From: Candidatus Cloacimonadales bacterium
GTDB lineage: Bacteria; Cloacimonadota; Cloacimonadia; Cloacimonadales; JAIOQZ01
Length of the DNA stretch: 64,000 nucleotides
Reading direction: 5' to 3'
Assembly: GCA_963665815.1 (NCBI GenBank)
Contig: OY762463.1
Span: 2,496,001-2,560,000 of the forward strand
The notes beneath the pieces were generated by a model. That model saw only the letters and a list, made by a program, of their open reading frames with translations, was not told where the DNA came from and did no database searches. Below, piece after piece: positions 22,681 through 32,468 of the stretch (position 1 is its first letter; each line of letters opens with the position of its first letter). A program made the position numbers and the translations under genes.

Positions 22681-23346
22681 ATGCCTAAGAAATTGGTTAC
22701 GATCAATGAAGCTGCGAAATACCTGAAGTTGAAAGATCATGTTGTTAGTGAAATGATCAAAACCGGTGTTTTCAATGTTGAGAAGAGCGGCAAAACCTAT
22801 AAGATCGACAAACACGAGATCAAGGAATGGCTTGCTAATCTTAATGAAACTGAGGAAGAACAATTAGCATTAAGAAGAACTGTCTGCAGGTTCAATGATT
22901 ATTTTGAAAAAGATTATATCAAGACCGGATTTGTTTCAGAAAACAAGTATGAAGCAATTGCAGAAATGTCAAAGTTCGCAAAAGAACTTAAAATTGTGAG
23001 AGATCACAGATGGCTGTATGAAGTTGTTGTTGCAAGAGAAGAGCTTGTCTCAACTGCTGTGGGAAATGGTGTTGCCATGCTGCACCCGAGACACATGCAC
23101 CCTACAAAGATCAAAAAACCATCAATCATACTTGGAAGAACTCCGGATGGTGTTGAATTTGATGCACCGGATAATAAACCGGTTAAACTTCTTTTCATGC
23201 TGCTGCTTCACAATGATAAACAGCATTTATTCTCATTATCTTATCTATCAAGATTTCTGCTTAATGAAGATAATGTTAATGCTCTTCTTGAAGCGAAAGA
23301 TGAAGAAAATATCTTCAATGTTCTTACTGACAACGTCATGAAATAA
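22681..23346 (+). CDS. Excisionase-type HTH fused to PTS IIA (Ntr/Fru) domain
   Basis: TINEAAKYLK HTH; RE...STAVGNGVAMLHPR phospho-His motif; GVEFDAPD.KPV. Confidence 0.85.
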   Translation: MPKKLVTINEAAKYLKLKDHVVSEMIKTGVFNVEKSGKTYKIDKHEIKEWLANLNETEEEQLALRRTVCRFNDYFEKDYIKTGFVSENKYEAIAEMSKFAKELKIVRDHRWLYEVVVAREELVSTAVGNGVAMLHPRHMHPTKIKKPSIILGRTPDGVEFDAPDNKPVKLLFMLLLHNDKQHLFSLSYLSRFLLNEDNVNALLEAKDEENIFNVLTDNVMK

Positions 23347-23363
23347 ATTAAATTGGAGGACTG

Positions 23364-23816
23364 ATGCCTTTAGTCAGAGTAATACTCGGAAGTAAATCTG
23401 ATATTGCCCATGGAGAGAAAATTAAAGAATTTCTCGAAAAATTTGATATCCCTTATGATTTCCACATTTCCTCAGCACACAGAAAACCGGAACAAACAGC
23501 TAATTTGGCAAAGAACGCTGAAAATGAAGGTATAAAAGTAATTATTGCTGCTGCTGGTATGGCTGCACACCTTCCGGGAGTTGTTGCATCACACACAACA
23601 CTGCCTGTAATTGGTGTTCCTTTAACAGGACCTACCCTCAGTGGTGAAGATGCTCTTTTTGCTGTAGTTCAGATGCCTACAGGTGTACCTGTAGCAACTG
23701 TTGCAATTAATGGTGGAAAAAACGCTGCAATTCTGGCAGCACAGATTCTAAGTACTTTTGACAAAAACATCAAAGAAAAGCTAATTAATTATAAGAACGA
23801 ACTGGCAGGAAAATAA
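23364..23816 (+). CDS. purE: N5-CAIR mutase
   Basis: GSKSD, SAHRKP, AAGMAAHLPG, VQMPTGVPVATV. Confidence 0.97.
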   Translation: MPLVRVILGSKSDIAHGEKIKEFLEKFDIPYDFHISSAHRKPEQTANLAKNAENEGIKVIIAAAGMAAHLPGVVASHTTLPVIGVPLTGPTLSGEDALFAVVQMPTGVPVATVAINGGKNAAILAAQILSTFDKNIKEKLINYKNELAGK

Positions 23817-23851
23817 TATTTTGCTGCTCCACTGATCTATAAGGAAAAACA

Positions 23852-24775
23852 ATGGTATCCAGAGAACAGAAAATCAGACTTGGGGTTTTTCTTACTGTAA
23901 GTACAGCTCTCATGATTCTCCTTTTTGTGCTGATAGCAGGAAAACAATTAATGGAGAAAAGTGATACTTATTTCATAAGATATGAGAACACGTCTGTAAA
24001 TGGATTACAGATTGGTGGAGCAGTAAAACTCAATGGTATTTCTATTGGTCGGGTTGAAGATATCACTATTGATAAAGAAGATATTACAAGAGTAGTTGTT
24101 GAACTCAGTATCAGAGGCGGTACTCCAATCAAATCTGATTTTGAAGCAACTCTTGTTCCGGTAGGTATAACAGGTTTAAAGCAGGTTGAACTTGTAGGAG
24201 GCTCTAATTCTTCTGTCTTTCTTAAAAGCGGAGATACTATAAATGCAGGAGTTTCTACTTTTGATAATATTACCGGGAAAGCAGAGATTATAGCTGAAAA
24301 GGTCGAACTTGTACTTAATAATGTGTTAGAACTGACAAGTGGAGAAAACAAGGAAAACTTTGAGAGAATCCTAAAAAATACAAACCTTATTATTGATGAA
24401 AACAGAGAATCTTTCTCCAGTATAGTCAAGAATACGGATTCACTTTCATATTACATAACTATCCTTGCAGCAAACGCCGCTACATCAATGAAAAAAATCA
24501 ATGAGATTATCCAGTCTGAAGAGCTTCAGAAGATACTTAGTAACAGCGCGGAATTCACTGATTCTATAATTGAAGAAGAACTTATTAAAGAGCTTATGAT
24601 GACGATCGATGAATTCAGATCTATAGTGAAGAATATGAATAGATTTGTCCAGAGCAGTAAAAGAGATTTACTGCCTACATTTGAATCTTTACGAGAAACT
24701 ATGGATTATCTGAACGAGTTCTCCAGACAAATTGGTGATGAACCTTCACTTTTGCTCAGGACAAAGAGAAAATAG
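23852..24775 (+). CDS. mlaD: MlaD/MCE family protein
   Basis: TM anchor; SVNGLQIGGAVKLNGISIGRV; helical tail ending EPSLLL. Confidence 0.88.
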   Translation: MVSREQKIRLGVFLTVSTALMILLFVLIAGKQLMEKSDTYFIRYENTSVNGLQIGGAVKLNGISIGRVEDITIDKEDITRVVVELSIRGGTPIKSDFEATLVPVGITGLKQVELVGGSNSSVFLKSGDTINAGVSTFDNITGKAEIIAEKVELVLNNVLELTSGENKENFERILKNTNLIIDENRESFSSIVKNTDSLSYYITILAANAATSMKKINEIIQSEELQKILSNSAEFTDSIIEEELIKELMMTIDEFRSIVKNMNRFVQSSKRDLLPTFESLRETMDYLNEFSRQIGDEPSLLLRTKRK

Positions 24776-24786
24776 GTGGAAGATAG

Positions 24787-26898
24787 ATGAAAATATTTAC
24801 AATACTGATTTCTGTTATTTTAATAATCGCACTTGCCGGCTGTACTGTGAGATCTATTTCTGAGCGAAACTACTACATCCTGGAATACTATCAGCACTCA
24901 GAAATAGATGAGCTTCGGTCTGCCGAACCAATTGATGCAACTGTCCTGATTAACGAATCAGATATCTCCAGAACATACAGTAAGAATAAGATAGTTATAA
25001 GACATTTCGGTCCGCAAATCACATATTCCGAAAACGAAAACTGGGCTACAAAAATCTCTGACGTTGTACCTGATCTGATATCCAGACGTTTAGACAGCTA
25101 TAATACATTCACTCTTGCAAAAAGAGAATTCCAGAATGACAATCCGCAATACGAAATTGTTTCAAAGATTAATAATATAGAGCTTTATGAATCAGAGTTT
25201 GGCAGAAATGCCGCTCACCTGAATATTGAGTTCTCTCTTATTAAATACAATTCTGAAGTTGCAGTTGTTAAACATTATGCAAACAGAGAAAAGTTCCTGC
25301 TGCAGGAAGACACAGAAACTTTTGTGCAGGAAGTAAATGTACTTCTTCTCGAAGAAATTGATAACTTTATAAAGAAGATCAATCTCGCATTTGCTCAGAA
25401 AAATTTCGACGACAGTTCACTCAATCCGGATAATCTGGTTGCAACAAATCTGGAGTCAGATTTTGAAACCCAGGAAGAAGAAAGTATGCAGGATGGTATG
25501 GGGCTGTTACTTTTGCCGGCATTGTCCAAAACAGACGATGAACCTTACTATAAAATATACGATAGATTCGGGCTTGAATATGATGGTCAGATAGGAAAAC
25601 CAATCCCTCTGGAAACAGGAACATACAGTGTTCGATTCGGGTCAGGTGAAGAAAATATGTGGATGGAAAAGAAAGATATTGAAATTAGGCCACATTTTAA
25701 GACTATCGTTAAACCGGACTGGGGAAATCTGATAGTAAAAATTATTGATGAAAAACGTAACACATTAAAGGTTCGATATGAAGTGTTTGATCCATCTACC
25801 AGTAACAGCTATGGTAGTGAATATCCGGCAGAGGAAGAAATCGGGGAAATCGAAAAAATATGGATTCTCAAGCCGGGACTGTACAAGATAACAATCAACA
25901 ATGAACCGATAAACACTTACAAGAACTTTACAACCGTTTATGTGAAAGAAGGTGAAATACAGCAGCTTACACTCGTGGTTGATACCGACGAAAATGAAAA
26001 TCCAACTGATCTGATTGGAGCAGGAATTATTGAAGGTGATAACATTGCATCTGCTTCTGATGTACATAAATTCTATAGTGCAGTTCACGGTAATGCTTCT
26101 TTTTCAAGAAGTAATAGTGAAGATAAAGATAATCCATCTACAGATTTAACAATAAATGGACAGTTTGATTCAAAATATATATTCGATTCGTTCCCTTATT
26201 ATTTTACAAGCAAGTCCAATATTGGCATCAGTGTTTCAAAAAACAGAGATACTGACTTGAGAGTTTCTTCCAGTGAGATGGATCTCAGAAATACTCTTAT
26301 ATACTATATAACAAATTCCATTGGGCTTTATACCAGAGCAGACTTGAATACAGAGTTCTTAGAGTTGTTTAGATATTATACTGAAACTCAGGACTCTATA
26401 AGGATTTATGATTCTAACAATAACTTAAAAAATACAAAGTACAGTACAAGAAAACTCAGACTAAATCCGTATTTCTATCCAATGGCGCTTAAGCAGGGGG
26501 CCGGATTGAACTGGAGAATAATCAATTCTGCTAAAGCCAGTATTAGTTTCAGAACCGGTTATGGCTTAAGACAGAACTTTTACAATGATGTGATTACTGC
26601 AAAAGACGATAATACTTTTACAGAGCTGAAAGATAATACACAGCAGGGAATAGAAATTTCACTGGTATCAAATTATCAGTTGCCTTTTAGAATTACCTTG
26701 AATTCCAATGCTGATGTTCTGATTCCATTCGAAAAAGACAACACAACGAGCTATGAATGGGAAAATGTCCTGAATATTAAGTTTATCAAAGGTGTTTCCC
26801 TGGATTATACATTCAAGTTGAATAAGAATGATGAAATTGCTGATTACATAATAACAGATCATGAAATCTATCTTAGACTAACTTATATTATTCATTGA
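24787..26898 (+). CDS. ABC-transport auxiliary (PqiC-like) lipoprotein with long beta-rich C-terminal extension
   Basis: Lipobox LAGC; N-terminal YYIL...WA pattern; located between mlaD and mlaE. Confidence 0.65.
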   Translation: MKIFTILISVILIIALAGCTVRSISERNYYILEYYQHSEIDELRSAEPIDATVLINESDISRTYSKNKIVIRHFGPQITYSENENWATKISDVVPDLISRRLDSYNTFTLAKREFQNDNPQYEIVSKINNIELYESEFGRNAAHLNIEFSLIKYNSEVAVVKHYANREKFLLQEDTETFVQEVNVLLLEEIDNFIKKINLAFAQKNFDDSSLNPDNLVATNLESDFETQEEESMQDGMGLLLLPALSKTDDEPYYKIYDRFGLEYDGQIGKPIPLETGTYSVRFGSGEENMWMEKKDIEIRPHFKTIVKPDWGNLIVKIIDEKRNTLKVRYEVFDPSTSNSYGSEYPAEEEIGEIEKIWILKPGLYKITINNEPINTYKNFTTVYVKEGEIQQLTLVVDTDENENPTDLIGAGIIEGDNIASASDVHKFYSAVHGNASFSRSNSEDKDNPSTDLTINGQFDSKYIFDSFPYYFTSKSNIGISVSKNRDTDLRVSSSEMDLRNTLIYYITNSIGLYTRADLNTEFLELFRYYTETQDSIRIYDSNNNLKNTKYSTRKLRLNPYFYPMALKQGAGLNWRIINSAKASISFRTGYGLRQNFYNDVITAKDDNTFTELKDNTQQGIEISLVSNYQLPFRITLNSNADVLIPFEKDNTTSYEWENVLNIKFIKGVSLDYTFKLNKNDEIADYIITDHEIYLRLTYIIH

Positions 26899-26899
26899 T

Positions 26900-27976
26900 A
26901 TGGAAATAACCAGAACTGACAATACTATTTACATCAAGGGAGAGCTTGATAAAAATTCAGTTCCCACTGTTATAACTGAGTTTAAGAAGCTGTTTGATAA
27001 GAACTGCAAAGTTGACCTGTCCGGATTGAAATCCATTGATAGTGCAGGAGTAGCATTTCTGGATGAAACTCTTCAGAGAAACAGCTCAGAAGAATATTCG
27101 GAACTTTTTATTTCAATACCATCAAATATCAGTAATGCAATAGAAACATTCACATCTCTCAAAATAAATTTTGAGCATATAGAGGAGCAGAAGAGCTTTT
27201 TCTACATCATAGGAGAAAAAGCTTATGACTTCAAAGAAAGCTTTATGAATGCCCTTTATCTTACGTCTGACATAGCTTATTGGAGTATTGTCGGTATTTT
27301 TTCCGGTAAAAACAGACGTAAAGGCTCTGTTGCTCAGCAGGCAATTGTCATTGGGGTTGATGCTCTTCCGATTATTGGATTACTTTCCTTCATTATTGGT
27401 CTGATTTTGGCACTTCAGTCTGCAGCTCAATTAAGACAGTTTGGTGCTAATATTTTTGTGGCGGATTTACTTGCCGTATCAATGGTCAGAGAAATGGGAC
27501 CTATGATGACAGCTATAATTGTGGCAGGACGAAGCGGTTCGTCATTTGCATCGGAGATAGCAACGATGAAAGTGACCGAGGAGCTGGATGCTCTCAAAAT
27601 GATGTCTATCAATCCTCTTAGATACGTTGTAGCTCCTAAAATGCTGGCGATTACTGTCTGTATGCCGCTGCTTGTAACTCTGGCGATCATTATAGGTGTT
27701 CTTGGTGGACTTGTAATCGCAATGACTTATCTGAATCTCAGTGCTTACTCATATATTCACGAATGTTTTAATATACTTACATTTAAAGACTTGTTTCTAA
27801 GTTTAGTAAAAAGTGTCGTTTTCTCCTGGGTAATTGTTGTCATTGGCAGTTTTTACGGATTTCAGGTTGAAGGCGGTGCTGAAGGTGTTGGTAAAGCAAC
27901 CACGAATTCAGTTGTTTCCTCAATTTTTGCAGTGATCGTCATTGATGTTATCTTCAGTTTAATTTATCTGGTATAA
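26900..27976 (+). CDS. mlaE: MlaE permease with N-terminal STAS domain
   Basis: DLSGLKSIDSAG (STAS); REMGPMMTAIIVAGRSGS; GGAEGVGKATT. Confidence 0.93.
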   Translation: MEITRTDNTIYIKGELDKNSVPTVITEFKKLFDKNCKVDLSGLKSIDSAGVAFLDETLQRNSSEEYSELFISIPSNISNAIETFTSLKINFEHIEEQKSFFYIIGEKAYDFKESFMNALYLTSDIAYWSIVGIFSGKNRRKGSVAQQAIVIGVDALPIIGLLSFIIGLILALQSAAQLRQFGANIFVADLLAVSMVREMGPMMTAIIVAGRSGSSFASEIATMKVTEELDALKMMSINPLRYVVAPKMLAITVCMPLLVTLAIIIGVLGGLVIAMTYLNLSAYSYIHECFNILTFKDLFLSLVKSVVFSWVIVVIGSFYGFQVEGGAEGVGKATTNSVVSSIFAVIVIDVIFSLIYLV

Positions 27977-27977
27977 T

Positions 27978-28721
27978 ATGAGAAACAAAATAATCGAAGT
28001 CAAAGGTCTTGTTGCCAAGTATGGAGAGAAAACCATCCTTGACGGCATTGATGTGGATATTTACGATGGTGATGTAACCGTTGTTCTCGGTAGTAGTGGT
28101 TGCGGTAAATCGACATTTCTCAAGAATGTACTGAGATTATACGAACCTTTCAGCGGTTCAGTAAAAATCTTCGGAAAAGAAGTTACCACTATGAACAAAG
28201 ATGAATTTGAGGAAATCCTTAAAAACATTGGAATGCTTTTCCAGAATGGTGCCCTGCTGAACTCAATTAGTATCTTTGATAATATTTCAATACCTTTAGA
28301 ACAACACACAAATCTGAATGCTGATTTACGAAAAAGAATAATTCTTAGAAAACTTGAGCTGGTTAACTTGCTGCATGCAGCATATTTATATCCTTCTGAA
28401 CTTTCAGGAGGTATGAAGAAAAGGGCTGCTCTGGCAAGAGCTATGGCCCTGGATCCTGCATTATTTGTCTTTGACGAACCTTCTGCCGGTCTGGATCCTG
28501 TAACAAGTGAGTCTCTTGATAGTCTGATATTAACGCTAAAAAAACAATTAAATATAAGTGTCCTTGTAGTAACTCACGAGCTGGCAAGTATACACCGTAT
28601 TGCGGACAGGATAATATTCTTTCATAAGGGTGAACTGCTGTTTACAGGAAGTCTGCAGGAAGCTAAGAATTCTGGGATTGATGAAATTGTGAACTTTTTC
28701 AAAAGTGGTGAGTTCAGTTAG
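27978..28721 (+). CDS. mlaF: MlaF ABC ATPase
   Basis: GSSGCGKS, LSGGMKKR, DEPSAGLDP. Confidence 0.93.
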   Translation: MRNKIIEVKGLVAKYGEKTILDGIDVDIYDGDVTVVLGSSGCGKSTFLKNVLRLYEPFSGSVKIFGKEVTTMNKDEFEEILKNIGMLFQNGALLNSISIFDNISIPLEQHTNLNADLRKRIILRKLELVNLLHAAYLYPSELSGGMKKRAALARAMALDPALFVFDEPSAGLDPVTSESLDSLILTLKKQLNISVLVVTHELASIHRIADRIIFFHKGELLFTGSLQEAKNSGIDEIVNFFKSGEFS

Positions 28722-28798
28722 GTAGGAGCAAGTATGCTGAAAAGAGAAATTAATCTACTGTATGAATACGAAGCATCTTAAATTCTATGTATTTTAGC

Positions 28799-29608
28799 TT
28801 ATCTCACTATGATTAAACCTTTGCCGTATAAACCATTAATTGCATCTAATCTAATGAGATTATACTCGTCATCAAACCAAAAAAGTACATCTATAATTCC
28901 ATCTTTATCTTCGTTCAGGTAAAATTCCGAAATATTTCTGAAAGTATGCCCCATAAACTTGACTTGCTTATAGTCTCTTGTATGAAATATTCTTCCAAAA
29001 ACTGTTCTAGTTATTCTTCCTTTAGCAAAAAGAGTATCAGGTGAACTATCATTGAAATATACAACAAGATCACTTCCTGAAACTAGAAATCTTCTGTTAA
29101 TGCACTTACTTCCAACAACCACATAAATTGAATCTGAAACATCATTGGATAAGCCTATGTCACTACAATTACATATTGGATACTCAAGTAGCTTTAAAAA
29201 ATCAACAGGTATAGAAATTGAATCATGAGCAACCTTAAAAAATGGACAATACTTACCGGTTATGTTTGATTTTGTTTTAATTACTTCATAGATTATGCTA
29301 TTGATTGGGGGAGGTATAGTTTCTTCAAGTATGTACCAAATGTTAAAAGGTTGATCAAACCCCCATTTGATGCTTTTGTAATACTTGTCATTCTTGCTTC
29401 TGTGAGCCTGTCTGTACCTATTCTCTAAATATTCAAGCTCATCAGAATCATCTCTGAAATCCTGAAGTTTCATATCATCTAAATTAACTCTGCTTTCATG
29501 ATATTCATAGTAATTATTAGCCTTAATTCTGTAAACTTGAATATCAACACAAAACAGTGACAATCCTCTAAGTAGAAGTAAGGCAGAAAAATAAATTTTC
29601 TTAAGCAT
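28799..29608 (-). CDS. Exported hypothetical protein (candidate orphan immunity protein)
   Basis: Signal-peptide-like N-terminus; start overlaps the stop of an upstream Rhs-derived stub. Confidence 0.6.
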   Translation of the reverse strand: MLKKIYFSALLLLRGLSLFCVDIQVYRIKANNYYEYHESRVNLDDMKLQDFRDDSDELEYLENRYRQAHRSKNDKYYKSIKWGFDQPFNIWYILEETIPPPINSIIYEVIKTKSNITGKYCPFFKVAHDSISIPVDFLKLLEYPICNCSDIGLSNDVSDSIYVVVGSKCINRRFLVSGSDLVVYFNDSSPDTLFAKGRITRTVFGRIFHTRDYKQVKFMGHTFRNISEFYLNEDKDGIIDVLFWFDDEYNLIRLDAINGLYGKGLIIVR

Positions 29609-29744
29609 TTTGTTTTCCCTTTGGTGTTATAATTGTTTCGTTGACATAGCCGTATGTTGAACGTCACGAGTATCCAGGAATTCTCATTCCGAATGGATAA
29701 TAATGGTCTTCCTGGACTTCTAAAGCATTGTTGCCTACGTACAA
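29601..29744 (-). pseudogene. Rhs-toxin remnant
   Basis: Translates LYVGNNALEVQEDHYYPFGMRIPGYS*RSTYGYVNETIITPKGKQNA*; YYPFGM is the Rhs repeat-associated core motif. Confidence 0.6.
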
Positions 29745-29805
29745 TCCTGTCTCCTTACTCCATATTATAGCTAAACTGAGCTCATTAGTGGCAAAAGGTC
29801 AAGAA
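29738..29805 (-). promoter_or_regulatory. Repeated promoter/RBS module, copy 1
   Basis: Minus strand TTGACC...TATAAT-ATGGAGTAAGGAGACAGGA-TTGTACG; near-identical copies at 31249 and 32720. Confidence 0.6.
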
Positions 29806-29811
29806 ATTTTT

Positions 29812-29836
29812 GAGTCAACCGTCCGGTTGTCTCTAC
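29812..29836 (-). repeat. GTAG-REP-like palindrome family A (copies at 29812, 31323, 32794, 34896, 35135, 36760, 38790, 43551, 55785)
   Basis: Consensus GTAG-AGACAACCGGACGGTTGTCTC; nine intergenic copies, some degenerate. Confidence 0.8.
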
Positions 29837-29921
29837 GCGTATAGCAGGACTGCACAGACTGGTGCAGACAATGTTCTCCCTAATATATCTCCTGATGTGT
29901 TCCTAAGGAAACATCTACGGA

Positions 29922-30177
29922 CAGACTGTGTAAAAACGTAATTATTGTCGTTTCTTTTGTTCACAGCATATTCCCTTCGACTCCGCTCACACTGTGTGTA
30001 AAAACAGATTTTTGTCGCTTCATTCACTCAAAAACCAATTCCCTTCGACTCCGCTCAGGGAGCTTTCAACTCTAACTTTTTCAGCAAGTTAAGCTGATTG
30101 AGTCCCGATGAAACGGGAAAATCTGCGACAAAAAATGAGTATTAATTTTCTATCACAACCCGTTTTTACACAGTCTG
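29922..30177. mobile_element. MITE-like non-autonomous element, 256 bp
   Basis: Perfect 17-bp terminal inverted repeats CAGACTGTGTAAAAACG / CGTTTTTACACAGTCTG; absent from the paralogous site near 31465. Confidence 0.75.
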
Positions 30178-30300
30178 GTAGAAATGTCGAGTATACGAGA
30201 CAGAGGATTTAAAACACGGAACAATGATTATTGTTCCCTACAGACGCAGCATCTTGCGACGGAGGTATAAGTCATGCAATACTATGAATTAAAGACCAAT

Positions 30301-30328
30301 AAAAAGCCAGGAATGATTTCCCGGCTTT
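30301..30328 (-). terminator. Intrinsic terminator (duplicated at 31587-31613)
   Basis: Minus strand AAAGCCGGGAA-loop-TTCCTGGCTTTTT downstream of the duplicated gene. Confidence 0.75.
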
Positions 30329-30365
30329 ACATATGCTTTGTAAGTCCATAAATATGGAACTGAAA

Positions 30366-31175
30366 TTACGATTCTGTTTTGTACATTGCTTTGATAGAGT
30401 CCGGTATTACAAGCCATGATTGAGTATTATATATCATTTTTCTATCACTGTACATTGTTTGAAAATTGTAATAACCTTTTACTTTATAATCCTTAATGAA
30501 TAATGCATCATCCCAGAAACGAGGATCAGAAATGATGTATTTAATACGAAGATAAACAGAACCATTGCGCTCTTTAGTGGTGAGATAATTTGCTGCCAGA
30601 TCGGAATCAGAGCTTACATGAAGAACTGTAAATGTCTGGATTAGCTCTGAAAAGAAATTTATCCTTAAGTAATCGAAAATCTCTTCAAAACTGTTATGAG
30701 ATATGGTAGTTAGTAATTTCTCACCTTTGTGTATATCCCAGATTTCATCCTTGGTATCTCTGACTCCAATAAATACCGTTCCATCTCGACTGTATCCATC
30801 TTTCTCTACATGTATCGACGTTTTCTTAGTAGTTTTGTACTTTTCTGCTCCAAAAACTATCATTTTCAAAGAATCCGGACTATAAAAGATATCCCCAATC
30901 TCTACATCGGTACTTCCCTTTATCGTTAGAAATGTTTCCCTTCTTAAGTAATACTCTTTTAAGTAATTTCTTACAAGCAGGCTGTCTCGGTATATATATT
31001 TTTTTACACCATCAGGATAAACTGATTTTATATAATCATTATATGCTTGATGTGCAGCAGGAACAATCTCCTCATTATATCTTTTTAAAGCAAGATTACC
31101 TTTTATTTCATGATAAACATAAGAAGTGAACCATATAGTCCCAATTATTATTGGATACAATAAATACTTATTCAA
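30366..31175 (-). CDS. Membrane-anchored hypothetical protein, paralog 1 (candidate immunity protein)
   Basis: N-terminal TM; AGGAG RBS, TTG start; about 93% identical to 31654-32460 by my count. Confidence 0.75.
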   Translation of the reverse strand: MNKYLLYPIIIGTIWFTSYVYHEIKGNLALKRYNEEIVPAAHQAYNDYIKSVYPDGVKKYIYRDSLLVRNYLKEYYLRRETFLTIKGSTDVEIGDIFYSPDSLKMIVFGAEKYKTTKKTSIHVEKDGYSRDGTVFIGVRDTKDEIWDIHKGEKLLTTISHNSFEEIFDYLRINFFSELIQTFTVLHVSSDSDLAANYLTTKERNGSVYLRIKYIISDPRFWDDALFIKDYKVKGYYNFQTMYSDRKMIYNTQSWLVIPDSIKAMYKTES

Positions 31176-31248
31176 TGTTACTCCTAATCTTTTAGATGCT
31201 CTTTGACTTTATCACTATCATAGTATTTTAAAGAATATTCAGAAATGC

Positions 31249-31316
31249 CGTACAATCCTGTCTCCTTACTCCATATTATAGCTAAACTGAGCTCATTAGT
31301 GAGAAACGGTCAAGAA
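31249..31316 (-). promoter_or_regulatory. Repeated promoter/RBS module, copy 2
   Basis: Near-identical to 29738-29805; its TTG opens a 23-aa stub (31184-31255) ending at the RBS of the 30366-31175 gene. Confidence 0.6.
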
Positions 31317-31653
31317 AATTCTGAGTCAACCGTCCGGTTGTCTCTACGCGTATAGCAGGACTGCACAGACTGGTGCAGACAATGTTCTCCCTAATATATC
31401 TCTGGATGTATTCTAACAGAAACATCTACGTTAATTCTGGATGTATTTCTTCGAAAACATCTACGGGGAAATGTCGAGTATACGAGACAGAGGGTAAAAT
31501 ATCCGCAACAATGATTATAGTCCCTACAGACGCAGCATCTTGCGACGGAAGTAAGTCATGCAATACTATGAATTAAGTACAAATAGAAAAGCCAGGAATG
31601 ATTTCCCGGCTTTGCAAATGCTTTGTAAGTCCATAAATATGGAACTGAAATTA

Positions 31654-32460
31654 CTATTCTGTTTTGTACATTGCTTTGATAGAGTCCGGTATTACAAGCC
31701 ATGATTGAGTGTTATATATCATTTTTCTATCACTGTACATTGTTTGAAAATTGTAATAACCTTTTACTTTATAATCCTTAATGAATAATGCATCATCCCA
31801 GAAACGAGGATCAGAAATGATGTATCTAATACAAAGATAAACAGAACCATTGTGTCCTTTAGTGGTGAGATAATTTGCTGCCAGATCGGAATCAGAGCTT
31901 ACATGAAGAACTGTAAATGTCTGGATTAGCTCTGAAAAGAAATTTATCCTTAAGTAATCAAAAATCTCTTCAAAACTGTTATGAGATATGGTAGTTAGTA
32001 ATTTCTCACCTTTGTGTATATCCCAGATTTCATCTTTCTTATCTCTGACTCCAATAAATACCGTTCCATCTCGACTGTATCCATCCTTCTCTACATGTCT
32101 CGAAGCTTTCTTATACGTTTTGTATTTTTCTGCTCCAAAAACTATCATTTTCAAAGAATCCGGACTATAAAAGATATCCCCAATCTCTACATCGGTACTT
32201 CCCTTTATAATATTGTTGCTTGACCTTCTTAAATAATACTCTTTTAAGTAATTTCTTACAAGCAGGCTGTCTCTGTATACATACTTTTTTACACCATCAG
32301 GATAAACTGAGTTTATGTACTCATTATATGCTTGATGAGCAGCAGGAACAATCTCCTCATTATATCTTTCTAAAGCAAGATTACCTTTTATTTCATGATA
32401 CACATAACTAGTGAACCATATAGTCCCAACGATTATTGGATACAATAAATACTTATTCAA
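31654..32460 (-). CDS. Membrane-anchored hypothetical protein, paralog 2 (candidate immunity protein)
   Basis: Tandem duplicate of 30366-31175. Confidence 0.75.
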   Translation of the reverse strand: MNKYLLYPIIVGTIWFTSYVYHEIKGNLALERYNEEIVPAAHQAYNEYINSVYPDGVKKYVYRDSLLVRNYLKEYYLRRSSNNIIKGSTDVEIGDIFYSPDSLKMIVFGAEKYKTYKKASRHVEKDGYSRDGTVFIGVRDKKDEIWDIHKGEKLLTTISHNSFEEIFDYLRINFFSELIQTFTVLHVSSDSDLAANYLTTKGHNGSVYLCIRYIISDPRFWDDALFIKDYKVKGYYNFQTMYSDRKMIYNTQSWLVIPDSIKAMYKTE

Positions 32461-32468
32461 TGTTACTC

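Noticed and set aside
30366-32460. Diversity-generating retroelement (TR/VR pair)
   Set aside because: Differences are not adenine-restricted (e.g. GAA vs TCA), whole genes are duplicated, and no reverse transcriptase is in the window
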